Part shown: in pieces, positions 13,718 to 27,505 of the stretch
How positions within the stretch are numbered: position 1 is the first letter of the stretch
Layout of the letters: each line of letters starts with the position of its first letter
Assembly: GCA_951406725.2 (NCBI GenBank)
Contig: OX597826.1
Span: forward strand, 28,396,001 to 28,460,000
Source of the DNA: Octopus vulgaris
Taxonomy: Eukaryota
Length of the DNA stretch: 64,000 nucleotides
Direction: 5' to 3'
Translations under genes and position numbers: made by a program
Notes under the pieces: model-generated
Told to the model about the DNA's origin: nothing
The model's database searches: none
Seen by the model: only the letters and a program-made list of their open reading frames with translations

Positions 13718-13935
13718 AGGTGGCGAGCTGGCTGAGTCGTTAGCACGCCGGGCGAAAGGCTTAGCGGTAATGTCTGTCTTAACGTTCTGAATTCAAATTC
13801 CGCCGAGGTCGACTTTGCCTTTCACCCTTTCGGGGGTCGATTAAATAAGTACCAGTTACGCATTGGGGTCGATGTAATCGATTTAATCCCTTCCCCCAAA
13901 ATTTGAAGCCTTGTGCTTCCAGTAGAAAGAACTAT
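12903..13935 (+). mobile_element. Cluster of three SINE B copies (12903-13120, 13165-13380, 13718-13935) and a family E fragment, separated by (ATT)n
   Basis: Repeated ggtgagctggcagaatcgttagcacgccgg heads and (ATT)n tails. Confidence 0.8.
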
Positions 13936-13949
13936 TATTATTATGATTA

Positions 13950-14390
13950 ATGTCGTTGCTGTTGCTGTTAGGCTATTGCATGCTAATTAAGTTTACTGGG
14001 ATGTTATCGGGAAGTCCGATGACAAATCATCTCAACTCACAAGAATCCTTTTCACGATTGCACCAAAATAGTGGATAGCACTCTGTTGCAAGTCGACAAT
14101 ACGTATCTCACTTCCAATATCCTTCAACATATTAGGTAACATTTTGAGTGTTGTGCCATATACACCAACTACCATAGGAGTATTTATTACTGTTATCTTC
14201 CGCAATCTCATCTCTCAACTTTTTCATTTATTTGGTAACCACTGTAGTCACATGGTACTGAAAAATCTATGATTTTACACGTTTTTGTTTTCGGTCTTCT
14301 TGCTACAATAAAATGATCACAAAATCTAGTATCAATTATTCACTATCACAACTCTGATCTGTGTTCATACTAATTCTCCACAAACTCCGC
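13950..14390 (-). pseudogene. 3' fragment of an R4/Dong-type non-LTR retrotransposon (restriction-like endonuclease)
   Basis: Minus frames read CDHFIVARRP-KTKTCKIIDFSVPCD and TPMVVGVYGTTLKMLPNMLKDIGSEIRIVDLQQSAIHYFGAIVKRILVS*. These match the RLE motif RRPD..DK...C.IID..VP.D and the P.VIGALG C-terminus. Confidence 0.7.
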
Positions 14391-14995
14391 TAACGCAACA
14401 ACCCACTCTTTAATCGACACAGTCATACATGCACTTATATTCTTTTTGCGCTAGCTTACTGCACTCACTAAGGAGATGTTAAATATTTTCTTCTCCTTCT
14501 CCGCTGATACTCAGTCTGTGACTGAGTCTTATCAGAACAGTGACCTAGCAAAGACATTAGGGCAGCGGACAAAACGATTTACAACGTTTGTTCCGCGTCT
14601 TTATATTTTGTCGACGAGGTTGATTTTGCTTTTCTTTATTTCGGTCTCAATAACACACCGGGGTTGATGTAATCCCCATGATACTATTCCATTACACTTA
14701 ATAATAATAATATTGATAATAATAGATACAAAAATATAGTGAAATAACAAGACCAACGAGTAAGGATATATGTTTAAAAATGTTTTAAAATGAAAAGTTA
14801 TATTACATAAGTGATAATGATGATAATAATAATAGTAATCAAAATTATTGCACTCCAAATAATAGTAATAATAATAAACTTTCCTCCAGTAATTTATATA
14901 TTCCGTAATCTCGACCAAATGCTTTGAGTATCATGCAAAATAAAAATAAGAAGCGGGAAGAAAAAGAGCTTAGAGAGGCCTCAAACCAGAACCAA

Positions 14996-15055
<60 letters not shown>

Positions 15056-15177
15056 CACGCACACATTTCCGTACTTATTCAAACACGTAAAAGTTAAAAC
15101 CATGTGTGTTAGAATGCAGGACAATTCTCCGAGAAAAATAGAGACTTTTATAATATAAATTAGTACAGTATTCATGC

Positions 15178-15228
<51 letters not shown>

Positions 15229-15383
15229 AAACCGAACACCCATATATAAGATGTGTGTTGTTAGTTCGTGGTCGGCTGCGTTTTTAGGCGTAAGAGAATA
15301 TATTCCTAATGCTCCTAGTGTTAAAACACCTTGAAAATAAGTCAAAGGCAAGCGAGACAACTCGCATCAGGTTCCTTTTCGGA

Positions 15384-15430
15384 GCGACACACATCGAGGT
15401 TTCGTCATTGTTGTGACTTTTCAATGCCGC
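15384..15430 (-). ncRNA. Decayed hammerhead-like motif (U3-A8 core variant)
   Basis: gcggca-UUGAAAA-guca(caacaa)ugac-GAAA-ccucgaug-UG-ugucgc; stems I and II pair, but the cleavage position is G (predicted inactive). Confidence 0.45.
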
Positions 15431-16150
15431 GTACCGAACAAGGCCTGCTGCAAGCTATATCGCTGAAGATGACTATATGCTAAATGATTTGAAAAAATAT
15501 CTGCTGGCATGTCCCAACGTTTCACACCATATATATTATTCAATAACTGCTTGACTCAGCTCCATGCGACTTAAAGTTTCGTAAGCTCATAAAACGAACC
15601 AATCAAGTCCGGTATCCAGAGAAGATCCGCTTCTCGAGGCACCCGATGAGGTAGTCTCGTTCTCCATGCCTACGGAATTTCAAGTTTCATGGAGTTTTGT
15701 CAAACTGTTATTAAATAATATACTACACATGTACTGAATGCCACTTTCTATCGTTCATCCGCTCACTCATACATGTGTGTGTGAGTGAGAGAGAGAGAGG
15801 GAGAGAGAGAGAGAGAGAGAGAGAGGGAAGAGAGAGAGGGAGGGAGAGAGAGAGCAAATGCATACACACCTGCATTTACACCTGTACCTATGGGCGCGTA
15901 TAGACGTGCTGTTATCTGTTATGCAAATGAATATACATTTATTTCTATGTGTACGTAGTTTTTCTTTTACTTGTTTCAGTCATTTGACTGCGACCATGCT
16001 GGAGCAATGCCTTGGAAACGTGTACATGTTTTTTTAAATAGTACATATACAAGTGTTTATATGTATGAATGTATGGATCTATATATGTATTAATCTACAT
16101 GAATTTACGTATAGCTTTTGTGCATGACTATATATATATATATATATATA

Positions 16151-16372
16151 TAAAAGAGTATGGGAAATTGTTCGTTCACAGAATTAGTTTATTATTTTAT
16201 ACAGCGTATCACACTGACCTATACGTGTTTCTGTTGCACCGATAATAATGCAGGGTTGCCTCTGCAACTGTGAGTGGTCGATACAACGGAAACACGTGTA
16301 GGTCATTATGATATGCTGTATAAAATTATAAAATAAATTTTGTGGATGAACAAGTCTCCATATTCTTTATTA
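16151..16372. repeat. Long imperfect inverted repeat (~90-bp arms) next to (TA)n
   Basis: ttttatacagcgtatcacactgacctatacgtgtttc pairs with gaaacacgtgtaggtcattatgatatgctgtataaaa; pairing extends outward. Confidence 0.8.
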
Positions 16373-17031
16373 TTAATAATAATAATATATACCCCAGACA
16401 ATTTTTCATCCAGTGAAGCGAACACGGAATTATCCATCGGAAGAATTCACGGAGTGACTAGCAATAAAGAGTAGCAACAGACGTTAAATACAGATCGAAG
16501 TGGTTATCCGTTAACTGGAACTCAACTGAGAGCCAATACGGTACCCGCCCGGATAATATATCTCTCCAAACAATTTGAATTCACACGCACACACACATAT
16601 ATAATACAAACCTCACACACACACACATTAATATGTATGTACATATACTTGTAATGTTATCAGCATCTGATGAGAAAAGAAAAAACAGAACCCAATATTG
16701 TTTTACAGTGGACATGTATATATAAACCGCATACAACAGGGGTTTATATACATAAAAATTGCTCAACATATACTCATTATATAATTCATACAGATGACAC
16801 TGTAGAAACTGTGCTGTAATGGACGAATAACTAATTAATCTATTATACTGTTTAATGCACAAACACACAAATATATGTTAACCCAAAATAAGATGACAAC
16901 AGAATTTGTAAAGTTCTCTCGTATTGTTGCAAAATTAAACGTTTACTCTGACTTTATGTGAGGGACGCAAAAGAAATTACGGGCACTCTCCCATCTATAC
17001 TGACTTATGGATGATGATAATAATAATAATG

Positions 17032-17067
<36 letters not shown>

Positions 17068-17099
17068 GTAAGAATCATGATAATGATGATGACAATGAT

Positions 17100-17302
17100 A
17101 ATTTGTGTACCTGGCATATCACTCAGACTGCTGGATACTAGAAGAGACCACGTATTGTTGGCATGCAACAAGGTGCCATCTTGTATAGCATTTTCAAGAA
17201 TCCTTAGAATGAATCCGCTGATCCGATCCGAGGAGACTCGTTGCCACGAAACCTCAGGATAATACCTCCGCTAATCACAGTAACAAAGTAGTATGTAATA
17301 GC

Positions 17303-17303
<1 letters not shown>
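17100..17303 (+). mobile_element. Short 3' end of an R4/Dong-type LINE embedded in (TAA)n
   Basis: Reads RIVGMQQGAILYS, homologous to RIVDLQQSAIHY at ~14070-14105; (TAA)n on both sides. Confidence 0.55.
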
Positions 17304-17354
<51 letters not shown>

Positions 17355-17999
17355 GTTATGTTTGAATACTCTTCCCGGACGTGTGTAAATATAAAAATAT
17401 TTTACATATGCATCCATGTGTGTGTATGTGTGAGAATAAATATGTATGTATGTATATATATATATATGCATGTATGTATAATATGTGTATTTAAATGTAT
17501 GCTCATATATACGTATGTGTATAGTACGTATATGTATGCATGTGCATGTAATGCAATTGTATATATATATGTCTATATATATATATATATATATATATGA
17601 TCACTTTTCTCGCCATTCAACATGATTATTTGTTTCCACATATCTTCTACGTTCTCTTTCCATCTTAGGAAAAAGTTTATTCGATAATTACAGAGAGCAG
17701 CAGCAGCGGCAGCAACAGCAGTAACAGCAGCAGCAGAAACTGCCATAGTTGTAAAGGGGATAATGGTGGTGGTAGATGTGGTAGTGGTGAAAATGGCAGT
17801 AAATCGTATAACTTTTTCTCTATTCGACTCACAAGTACACATACATACGCACACGTGTACGATTATAATAAGAATAAGAATAGAAGTTATACCTTACTTT
17901 AAAAGGCATCGCCTTTGCTTTTTACGATTAGTATCAAGCAGCGCGATATTGATTACCTATATGTAACGCTTAATATCTCTATGGGGTTCTGTTGTACAT

Positions 18000-18800
18000 T
18001 CCACAAACCTAATAGACTTTCAACTTTCATAAGTCAGTTCTAACTGCTCTAGGAATATAAAAAAAACCTTAGAAACGCAAGTCGAAGTTTTCGAGCATTT
18101 CTAGCAAGGAGGTATTTTCTGAACCATTCTTCCTATTACAAGGATGTGTTAGCTAGAAGTAAGTTCAGGTTTCGTTGATGTAGGATTAGAAGTAGCTGTA
18201 TTACATGGTTTAACCTACTCTGCAATGTAACTGTGACAACACACTTTGCAAGATTTTTTTTTCGCATTGTGATGTATGCATTTCCACGTCACCATAGATA
18301 CTGCAAATTTATATACAGAAATGCAACAAAATTTTTATGTTCTGCAACGCTTGGAGTACAGCGTTGATTAACATAGGTAAGATAGAAAAAAAAAACAAAA
18401 GTAAAATATAATGACCAGGTTATTGATTACAGACACTAATTATAGAATCATTACCGCGAGAAATTGCCCTTCCGAAATAAGTGTTAGACCAAGAAAAAAA
18501 GTTGAGCATAACTGTTCTATAAAAGTCGTAGATTTCCAAAGCGTTATGCAACTTTAGCTACCAAAATATTTAAAAGCAGGTACGACATGCATTGAAACTC
18601 TTTTCCTAATATAGCTAAATGACTTCGTTGTCGGCCAATGTTCGGTTGTTGAAGAGAGTTGAAATGGAGTTGAAATGGAGTAGTATAGGGAAAGAGAAAG
18701 TAGATACCAGGGATTTTCGATAGTGTGATGAATGCAATGAACTTTCACTTCGTTAAGGAGAAATTCGTTGATATGCATTTCAGAGAGAGCAGACATTTGT
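18000..18800 (-). pseudogene. Possible highly decayed Penelope-like RT/thumb fragment
   Basis: Weak, frameshifted resemblance (SALSE..., FSYIRKRVSM, YL....PKRC, SQCEK) to PLE reverse transcriptase segments. Confidence 0.3.
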
Positions 18801-18858
18801 GGGTTTAATGATGTAATCTATAAACGCGTATACACGCGCATGAACTCTGCATCACTCC

Positions 18859-18909
<51 letters not shown>

Positions 18910-18953
18910 GTGTGTGTGTGTTATAAGGTACACATATAAAAATATATATGCTG

Positions 18954-19001
<48 letters not shown>

Positions 19002-19396
19002 GTCCACTTTAAAAATCTTGCAGAGTGCATACATATCTATATACATTAAACACACAACAGTTTATATATATATATATAATTGATTGTAATATGAACGAAC
19101 ATTTTATAAACCGCGATTCAACTGTAATACCAGTAGATGTGAGTATAAGACCAGAATGCAATCTGATTTAGAATACCAACGCAGGGAGCTTGTCTGATTT
19201 AGTTCACTTTGAAAACGTTGTAAGTGATGGACCCTTGATGAAATTGCAGAGACTAGGATGATAATTGCATACAGAGCAATGCGCAGTTGGTGCAGTACAA
19301 AACATATGTCGGTGATTGTTATATATGCTATAGAAAACTCTTTTGCTAAAACGTTTTGGATGAGAATAAATCTCCACTCTCCTCTTCTTTTTCAAT

Positions 19397-19475
<79 letters not shown>

Positions 19476-19477
<2 letters not shown>

Positions 19478-19750
19478 AGGCGCAATGACCAGTGGTTAGG
19501 GCAGCAGACTCGCGGTCGTAGAATCGCGGTTTCGATTCCCAGACCAGGGGTTGTGAGTGTTTATTGAGCGAAAACACCTAAAAAGTTCCACGAGGCTCCG
19601 ACAGGGGGTGGTGGCGATCCCTGCTGTACTCTTTCGCCACAACTTTCTCTCTTTCTCCTGTTGGCCTGCTCGCTTAGCCAGCGGGGTGGCATCATTTGAA
19701 GGCTAAAACAATGCGAAGAGCATTGTGACCAGCGATATGTCGGTCACGTG

Positions 19751-19757
<7 letters not shown>
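19476..19757 (+). mobile_element. SINE family C (tRNA-Arg-like head)
   Basis: ggaggcgcaatgaccagtggttagggc, anticodon-like arm gac-tcgcg-gtc, B box ggtttcgattccc; 3' half shared with 62455-62570. Confidence 0.75.
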
Positions 19758-19809
<52 letters not shown>

Positions 19810-20471
19810 TATCCATTATATAGAATATATGATATTTACATTACATATGTAATATATATGATAAATACATACTTCAAATATATTTACGCACACACAAACA
19901 CATTCTCTTATGAATCTCTTGAAAACATCTAACCCAAGTCATTGCAGTACTTGGTCCTTCCTCTAGATAAGATGCGTTGGACCTTTCCAATATCCGATAG
20001 AGCTGCTGTATGTATCTTTATATTTAGATATTCTCAGTTCTTCTGGTTACCAGCTGCCTTTTCTCAATGAAGTCAAATCATACCGCTTTTACTTGTTTCA
20101 CACCGCTGTTGACACCAATAATCTCTCAATGGGAATGAAAAATAAATTAAAAGAGCAACAGAAGATTGAGAGAGAAAGAGAGAGACAGACTGAAAGACTA
20201 TCCTCTAGTCAGCCTTTTGTGTCACCGCCTACAAATATCTTTCATGTGAGATGCCGTCACTTACCCTCCCACGTTATATGATGTCGGTGTTGGGGATTTG
20301 GTCTCAGTGTTCAGAATACGGTTTTTTGCAGGATAAGTCGATCTGCTGGAGATTTCCTATACCATGCTAAATAAATAATACACAGGAATGTGAAAATCTT
20401 GAAATACAGGATATACACAAATGGAACATAACTTAACAGATACTGTCTGGTAATTGCAATGCGTTCTGAGA

Positions 20472-20509
<38 letters not shown>

Positions 20510-20599
20510 TCGGTAAATTCAGTAATTTTATTCGGAGAGCAAAATGGTATTCGAATTCAAAGCCAATCAATTCTATCAATCTGAGTATTTTTTTTTCTT

Positions 20600-20887
20600 C
20601 TTTTTAATCTTGAAACAAGAAAATCAAAAACTGCACAAAATAATGACGGACAATCTATCGCCGGAGTTAAAATTTTACATCGCAGAAAAGAAAGAGGAAA
20701 AGAATAGAACAAGATTTGAACGCTGTACAAATGAATAACAAACTCTCAAAACCGTGTATTGCTAAAGGTGTTTCGTCCGTAATCTGTTTCTTAGAATTAT
20801 TCTTTTATATTCGAAACAGTGCCATCATTTCATCGTCAATTCATTTTGCGATTCCTCCATTTTTGAAAGTAACTCTGAATTTATTTA

Positions 20888-20890
<3 letters not shown>
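20600..20890 (-). mobile_element. 3' end of a Penelope-like element (end of GIY-YIG ORF plus pseudo-LTR)
   Basis: Minus reads NSELLSK / WRNRKMN* (cf. RSELISKCRHR), followed by a decayed UUGACGA...GAAA motif; lies between TA tracts. Confidence 0.4.
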
Positions 20891-20929
<39 letters not shown>

Positions 20930-21231
20930 AAGTAAATTTTTTATTAATACTAATACGCGTTTCCTTGGATTTCTTTCTCATTCTTAAAAGAATGGAACAC
21001 AAGCGCTTGGATTCTGAGGCTTTCAAGACGACAAAAAAGAAAGCCATATTACTCTGATGGAGACATCCTTGTCGTCTGGATTACCGCTCCCAGTCATGGG
21101 AGTCACAAAGACTCGAGCCAACCCGACGCCACTAGGCCCAGAAGATTTCCCCGGTGCAACAAATGGACTACTGGGAGAGGCTAAAAGAGCTGGGGTTCCA
21201 AACCCTGAAGAAATGACACGGAAGATAAAGA

Positions 21232-21295
<64 letters not shown>

Positions 21296-21652
21296 CACAG
21301 ATTCTGAAGGGTCAAGCGCCTAACTTTGAGATTGAAAACTATACTAATTGCCGGACTGGACGCCACTGCATAGTACTATAGCTCTCATTCTCTCTAACCA
21401 GAAACCTAATGTTGCAACAGTTTAGGGTTTGGAACTATTTCATTCCGAGTTATATTTCCATACAACGTCTTAATCACTGAATGTTGTCCAGAAAAAAATC
21501 ACTCTTTTCTGTCACTGGGACAACCGCATCGCAACCCCTTTTCCTTAACATGCTCTTCGCGCTTCTTACAACGCACGCTCACACATATTATTTTGAGCAT
21601 ATCAATCACTTGCTACTCTGAGTTTCGCCCGTGAGTACTCAAGGTCTTTTAA

Positions 21653-21700
21653 CTTGCCCGAAGAACCTGTGCATCCACAAGCGAAACCCAGAATAGCAAG
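21653..21700 (+). ncRNA. Decayed hammerhead-like motif with upstream inverted partial copy (21609-21628)
   Basis: cuugc-CCGAAGA-...ugug(cauc)caca...-GAAA-cccagaa-UA-gcaag; perfect 5-bp stem I, U4C core change. Confidence 0.45.
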
Positions 21701-21745
21701 ACACTGACCGACTCATGGTACTCATTACTCATATCTCCGATAGTG

Positions 21746-21829
<84 letters not shown>

Positions 21830-22269
21830 AGGGCACCTTAAATTACAAGTAAAATTTTGAAATATACATCGATTTAAATTTTGATTAAATGTCACCAATA
21901 CACAGCGGTTATTAGCCAATATATTTTATTATATAGTGTGCTTAAGGGTCGCTGACTTAAAATAAAAAAATAAAACTCCTTTTCAGTGATGTTATTTTAT
22001 ATGAAATAAACGTTATTGAAAGGCATAGTAAGCTCAGAAAATACTGTAAGAGACATACTTGCAGTATATTCTCCAGGCCACTGCAGTACCTGAACTTCCC
22101 ACTTGCCAGCAAGAATTTATGCTACAGGCTGGAATTCTGTGACATAGTTTGAATAAAAATGCACGCGCTTTGTATCCCGTTAGATAGGTGTGTGTGTGTG
22201 TATGTTATATATTGTATGTGTGTATGTATTTATATGTTATATGTTAAAGTACATCTGCAGTGCTAATAC

Positions 22270-24112
22270 GTATAAATTATGAATGATAGAGGTCATGGCA
22301 ATAAAACTATTCTAGTTTCTATAATTTTTAACACTAAGCACAACAACACATGGTTTTCCCAGTGGAATAATAATGTCAGTGATCAAGTGATCCAGTGACA
22401 CAAATAACAAGCAGCGTTATAAATTTATACAGTTTGATATAACAGAGTTGTACCCGTCTATAACTAAATAACTTCTTGTAAAAAAATTTAGAATTCAGTA
22501 GTTTTATTCTCAATATTAGGAAATATTTCCAAGTTTATCATAAGTATTTTAAGATTAAACGTAATGACTAGGGTTTTTTTTTTTTGAGGTTGGCATGGCA
22601 TCATTCGATGGGTCTGAGATTTCTGTATTGATAAGGTTGCGCATCTTGCATTTACTTCGAAAGCTTTACAGTGTCCGGCTTCTACCGTGATGATGGGCTA
22701 TTCATTTCTCGAAGTATTAATGACACAATGGATATTTTGTGGAAAGATTTTGATCAATATATTTAAAGAGATCAGCTTAAAGACCGCAGCTGATACCAAT
22801 CTAAATCGAGCTAAATATAGTTTATAATTGAGATATAATATAGATATTACAAAAATATTACTGTTATTGTACACCTAACGAGAAATTGCATTATATCAAT
22901 ATAAATAACAGTCATCTGCCTATAAACTTTTGAAACTTAAGTAACATTATTGATACGTGCGTATCCAGAAATCCCCTGACGAGGGATCCTCTAACTACAC
23001 AGCTCATTATTACAATGGTACATTAAAGGATCGTGACTTGAAAGATGCATTTCATGTAGAATATTCATAAACGCAAAAAAGGAAACGAAATAGTATACAG
23101 TACAATACTTCGTGTATATTAAATGTTTGCTCAAAGGTTTTTCTAAACTTTGTAAGTATTAAGATCTTTAAAAGAGACAGCATCTTGGCAAACTACAAGT
23201 GAATAACAAAAATTTGCTGTTTCGTAACCAATATAAATAGAAAACCTTCCGGTACGGACACGCGAAGAATTCTTATTTGATTGCAACAACCCTAATAATA
23301 CCTGTCCACGCAAGGGTATATTTCTTTCTAAAACATCAATTTATTCAGTTAAGCTCACTCTTGTATATAACAACAGAACAGATAGCAAAGGAGGACTGAA
23401 TGAAAATCCCAATAAAACCACGTTTATCGTATTCGTACAGACGCCTCTCTCCGAATATATCTGGAGTTGAAAGGATGAAAATATTAACAATTCCAAGTTC
23501 AAGGGGAACTTTTCAGAGATTACCTTCTCGAAAAAATACGATCTTCCTTTCTCGGTGAAATAGAGCATCTTTTGCAATTTAGAACAATTCTTGTAGACAC
23601 TTCAGTCGCAATTTATTGAATTTCCAACGCAAATGCATAAAAGTAGTTCCCCCAGAATGTATCAGCAATATTTGAAACATAGTAGCAATAGCGATTTTTT
23701 TATTCATCAATACTAAATCTTCATTGACAATGGTCGCCTTGCCTGTTCTCGTGTGTTTTATGCATTTAGTATCGAAGATACGAAAAAACATCGTGCATTA
23801 TAAATTTTTTTTTAATGTTTGACAAACAAACAAACTTTGATGACTATTCACGTTTCGATGTGTTTAAGAATAGTTATATATATTGTCACGTTGCTTGCCT
23901 TCTTTAATCGTTTAAATAATCATTACCGAGAATATCAGAGTTACGATTCACAAGACTCAACTTCGAATGAAATATTCACACTCTACTGTATATATTCCTA
24001 TAATCCATCCATCCATTTCCATGAACTTGCGCTATTTCGCTTGATATCAAGTTACATAACGCTGGCGTGAATAAATATGCTACGGAAACACGTGTAATCA
24101 TATGCGCAAAAA
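22270..24112 (+). pseudogene. Decayed Penelope-like retroelement (RT + Cys-linker + GIY-YIG endonuclease), Naiad-type
   Basis: Collinear motifs across frameshifts: KFIQFDITELYPSIT (~22425-22470), FEVGMASFDGSEISVL (22583-22630), GFYRDDGL (22677-22700), KIFKRDSILANYK*ITKI (23161-23214), DCNNPNNTCPRKGIFLSKTSIY (23279-23345), TPLSEYIWS*KDENI (23441-23485). Confidence 0.8.
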
Positions 24113-24126
24113 CCCATTCCACACAC

Positions 24127-24186
<60 letters not shown>

Positions 24187-24188
<2 letters not shown>

Positions 24189-24565
24189 AGGATACATGGC
24201 TGTGTGGTAAGAGGTTTGCTTACCAACCACATGGTTTCGGATTCAGTCCCACTGCGTGGCACCTTGAGCAAGAGTCTTCAACTATAGCCTAAGTTCCGCC
24301 AGAGACTTCTGAATGATTTTAATATATGAAACCTGAAACACCGTATGCGTGTGTGTGCGTACGCGCGTTTGAGCTTTCCTCCACCACCGCATCATAACCG
24401 ATGTTGGTGTGTTCACGTTTCCTTGACCTAACCGTTCGACAAGAGAGATCGATAGAATAAGTAGCAGGGTAAAAAAAAGTACTTTGGTCGATTTATTCGA
24501 CAAGAATTTCTTCAAAGCGATGCCCCAGCATGGCCACAGTCTAATGTCTGAAACAAGTAAAAGAT
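24187..24565 (+). mobile_element. SINE family A, diverged
   Basis: Head, core and tail all recognisable. Confidence 0.8.
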
Positions 24566-24571
24566 ATATAA

Positions 24572-24610
<39 letters not shown>

Positions 24611-24633
24611 TTATATAGAAGGAGCTTCTACAG

Positions 24634-24709
<76 letters not shown>

Positions 24710-24955
24710 GTACGTAAACATATGCATATATGTGAATAAGAACTATTCTTTTATGCGTTTCAACACAAAGGCTGTGGCCATGCTGGAGCTTATGACTGTC
24801 TTTAGGAAAATTCGGCACCATCACTACTACCATTGCCATCACAACCACTGTCATCATCACCACTACAACGATTATACACCAAAGATACAGGATCATATTT
24901 TCTATTGACTTAACACAAACCCATGGTATCATGTGATTCGAATCAGTATATTACT

Positions 24956-25024
<69 letters not shown>

Positions 25025-25306
25025 CAAGGATATTTTTTTTTAAATAGAGATAACAAACGAAAAATTTGACAAAAACAAAACACGGGAAATTTGCAGCTAA
25101 TTCCTCATCAGTAAGCTTCCAAGAGATCTTAGTAGTTTCACGCCATTATCGTTGAGACTACTCTTTCATATACACGCACAAGTGGGGTTTAAACTTCACA
25201 ACAGCTGTCTCGGCAGCATTTTATTGATACACTCATCGATTACACCGTGGCAAAAGTCTGCTATCATGTTGATATACCTAGATTCTAGCGAAGCGAATTC
25301 TGAAAC

Positions 25307-25367
<61 letters not shown>

Positions 25368-25617
25368 GTTTTATCAAGTGAAGGCAGAAGTGGCAAAAGA
25401 TTATTTTCTTATGAGATACTTTCATTTGTGTACGTGTGTGATGGGGACGATGAGGTAGAAAGGTTCTTTATTGTCTCGTTATTTATTGCTTTTAAGGGAC
25501 AGAATAATATTTAAAGGGGGCAAATAAGGTATGTGTGTGAAGCAGTGAAGTGTCATTGCATATATAATACATCCATTCTTGTGTGTGTGTTTCACTATTT
25601 CAGTAGACACTCTAACA

Positions 25618-25895
25618 CAGTGTTACACAAAGTGGTGGTCCACGAACCGGTGCCGGTACGCGGCGAGTTTCCAGAGAAGAAACATTTATAAAATGCTTAT
25701 GTAATATTGTATTATTTAGTTACAAAATGAATATAAGATTTTTTTTTTAATTGTCACTTTTCATTATATTTATTATATATATTGTTTTCGGTATGAATTA
25801 ATATTACTAAGAAATATTACCGGTCCCTGGCACACTCGAAAAAGTTTTTAAAAAAAACTGTCGGTACGTCACATTAGATAGTTTGAGAAACACTG
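25618..25895. mobile_element. hAT (Charlie-like) MITE with perfect 8-bp TSD
   Basis: TIRs CAGTGTTACACAAAGT / AGTTTGAGAAACACTG; TSD CTCTAACA at 25610-25617 and 25896-25903. Confidence 0.85.
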
Positions 25896-26811
25896 CTCTA
25901 ACAGACGCATAAGTGTGCGCATGCGTGTGTGAATGTGCATGTGTTTAGGGAATATGTACATATGTATTAGACAAAGAAAATATGTGTGAAATTTTAGCAA
26001 TACACACACACACACACACGCAGACATATTGTAAAGATAAACGTGAACACTACCACGCTTTCAATTACACACATATATAGAATTATATACATATAATGTA
26101 GACGCACACACACGCATATGTATGTATATTTGCACACATAGATACTAGACAGATTTATGAGTACATATATGCATACTTATCGACGTGCTTGTAATATTCA
26201 GATATACTGTTGTGACACGCGTCTCAGTATATATACATCAGTCTCAAACCGTAGGTTTCGTATAGTAACTATATGTAAGAAAATAGATACAACTAAGACG
26301 GAATGATAACAGACTGTCGTGTTGTGTGTGTGATGGATAGTTGATTGTAATGCCTCTCTAAAATATGATTTATTTCCATTTGTCACCTCATTGTCCAAGG
26401 AGTGAGTTTAGAGAGACTGAGGGTAATTACATATATATAATGTGTGTGTGTACGTACCTTTAAACTAGAAAAAAAAAAAAAAAACGACTTAGAATTTAAG
26501 CGCGCTATGAAAGAGGTGTTGTAGCAAAATTTGTATCGTTAACATTTTCGTTGCTCTCACTACTACCACGGTAGTTTTCACCAGAGTTATTATAACTTTA
26601 ACGGAATTTGTTCCAGTACGTTAGGCTACGAGTTCAAACGTCACCAAGGTCAGCTTTGCTTTTCATCACCTATATAGTGATAAAATACTAATGTATCAGT
26701 CAAATAATGGAGTAGATTTAATTGCTTGATCCCTATTCTCAAATTTGTGCCTTGTGCTTATATTTAAAATTATTAACTCACCATTTTATTAACAGAACCA
26801 GCACGTGCGCG

Positions 26812-26873
<62 letters not shown>

Positions 26874-27314
26874 CATGTATGTATGTATGTATACAAGCCA
26901 TAAAAGAGTCTAGAGGTATGACAAGTGAATATATTTATTCAACCACTTGTTATTCTTAGGATTACGGCCGTTTCACATCCTTCATCATGTTATAATAATT
27001 TCAATGTATTACGAAACGGCCGTGATCCAAAGAGTAACAAAGTGGTAGGTAAAATGTATTTATCTGTCATACTTCCTGAGTTTTTAAGGTTTATATATTC
27101 CTCGTAAAAAATTCCCATCGATCGGATCTCCTGCTTTTCAGCTGCAGAGAACAGTGCATTACTCCACCGTATTGGATTACTACATGGTATGATAGCCGGG
27201 TCCACCAGAGGAGCTTTCTGATTCCCACAGGATTCTGTAGAATCCCATTATATTGCACTATAAGTTTATATATGCATGTTTGTGTGTGTGTAATATACGT
27301 ACATATATATATAT

Positions 27315-27505
27315 AAATATTAGTTGAAATTTACAGAAACGCGAAAGACGAAGACAGGTGTATAAACAACAAGCAGGTGTATTAGTTTGACGCTCGAGAA
27401 GGCGAGAAAGTCTTTTATGTTTCGGGCCAATGCTCTTCAACAGAAAGGAACACGAGGAAATAAACAGAGAGAATAAAAAAAAGAAACACTTTTGGAGTTA
27501 GCGGT
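27315..27505 (-). mobile_element. Short TA-embedded repeat with hammerhead-like core (27412-27447)
   Basis: cuuu-CUGUUGA-a-gagc(auug)gccc-GAAA-ca-UA-aaag; homologous to 30381-30535 on the plus strand. Confidence 0.6.

Noticed and set aside
19476-19550. Possible tRNA genes here and at 9467-9548, 32421-32490 and 42219-42305
   Set aside because: No complete acceptor stem; they are heads of repeated elements.
22976-25120. CUGACGA at ~22976 (+) and CUGAUGA at ~25109 (-)
   Set aside because: No properly placed GAAA, NUH or stem I, so not called as hammerheads.
26208-26270. Tandem hammerhead-like remnants on the minus strand
   Set aside because: Cores too damaged to support a call.
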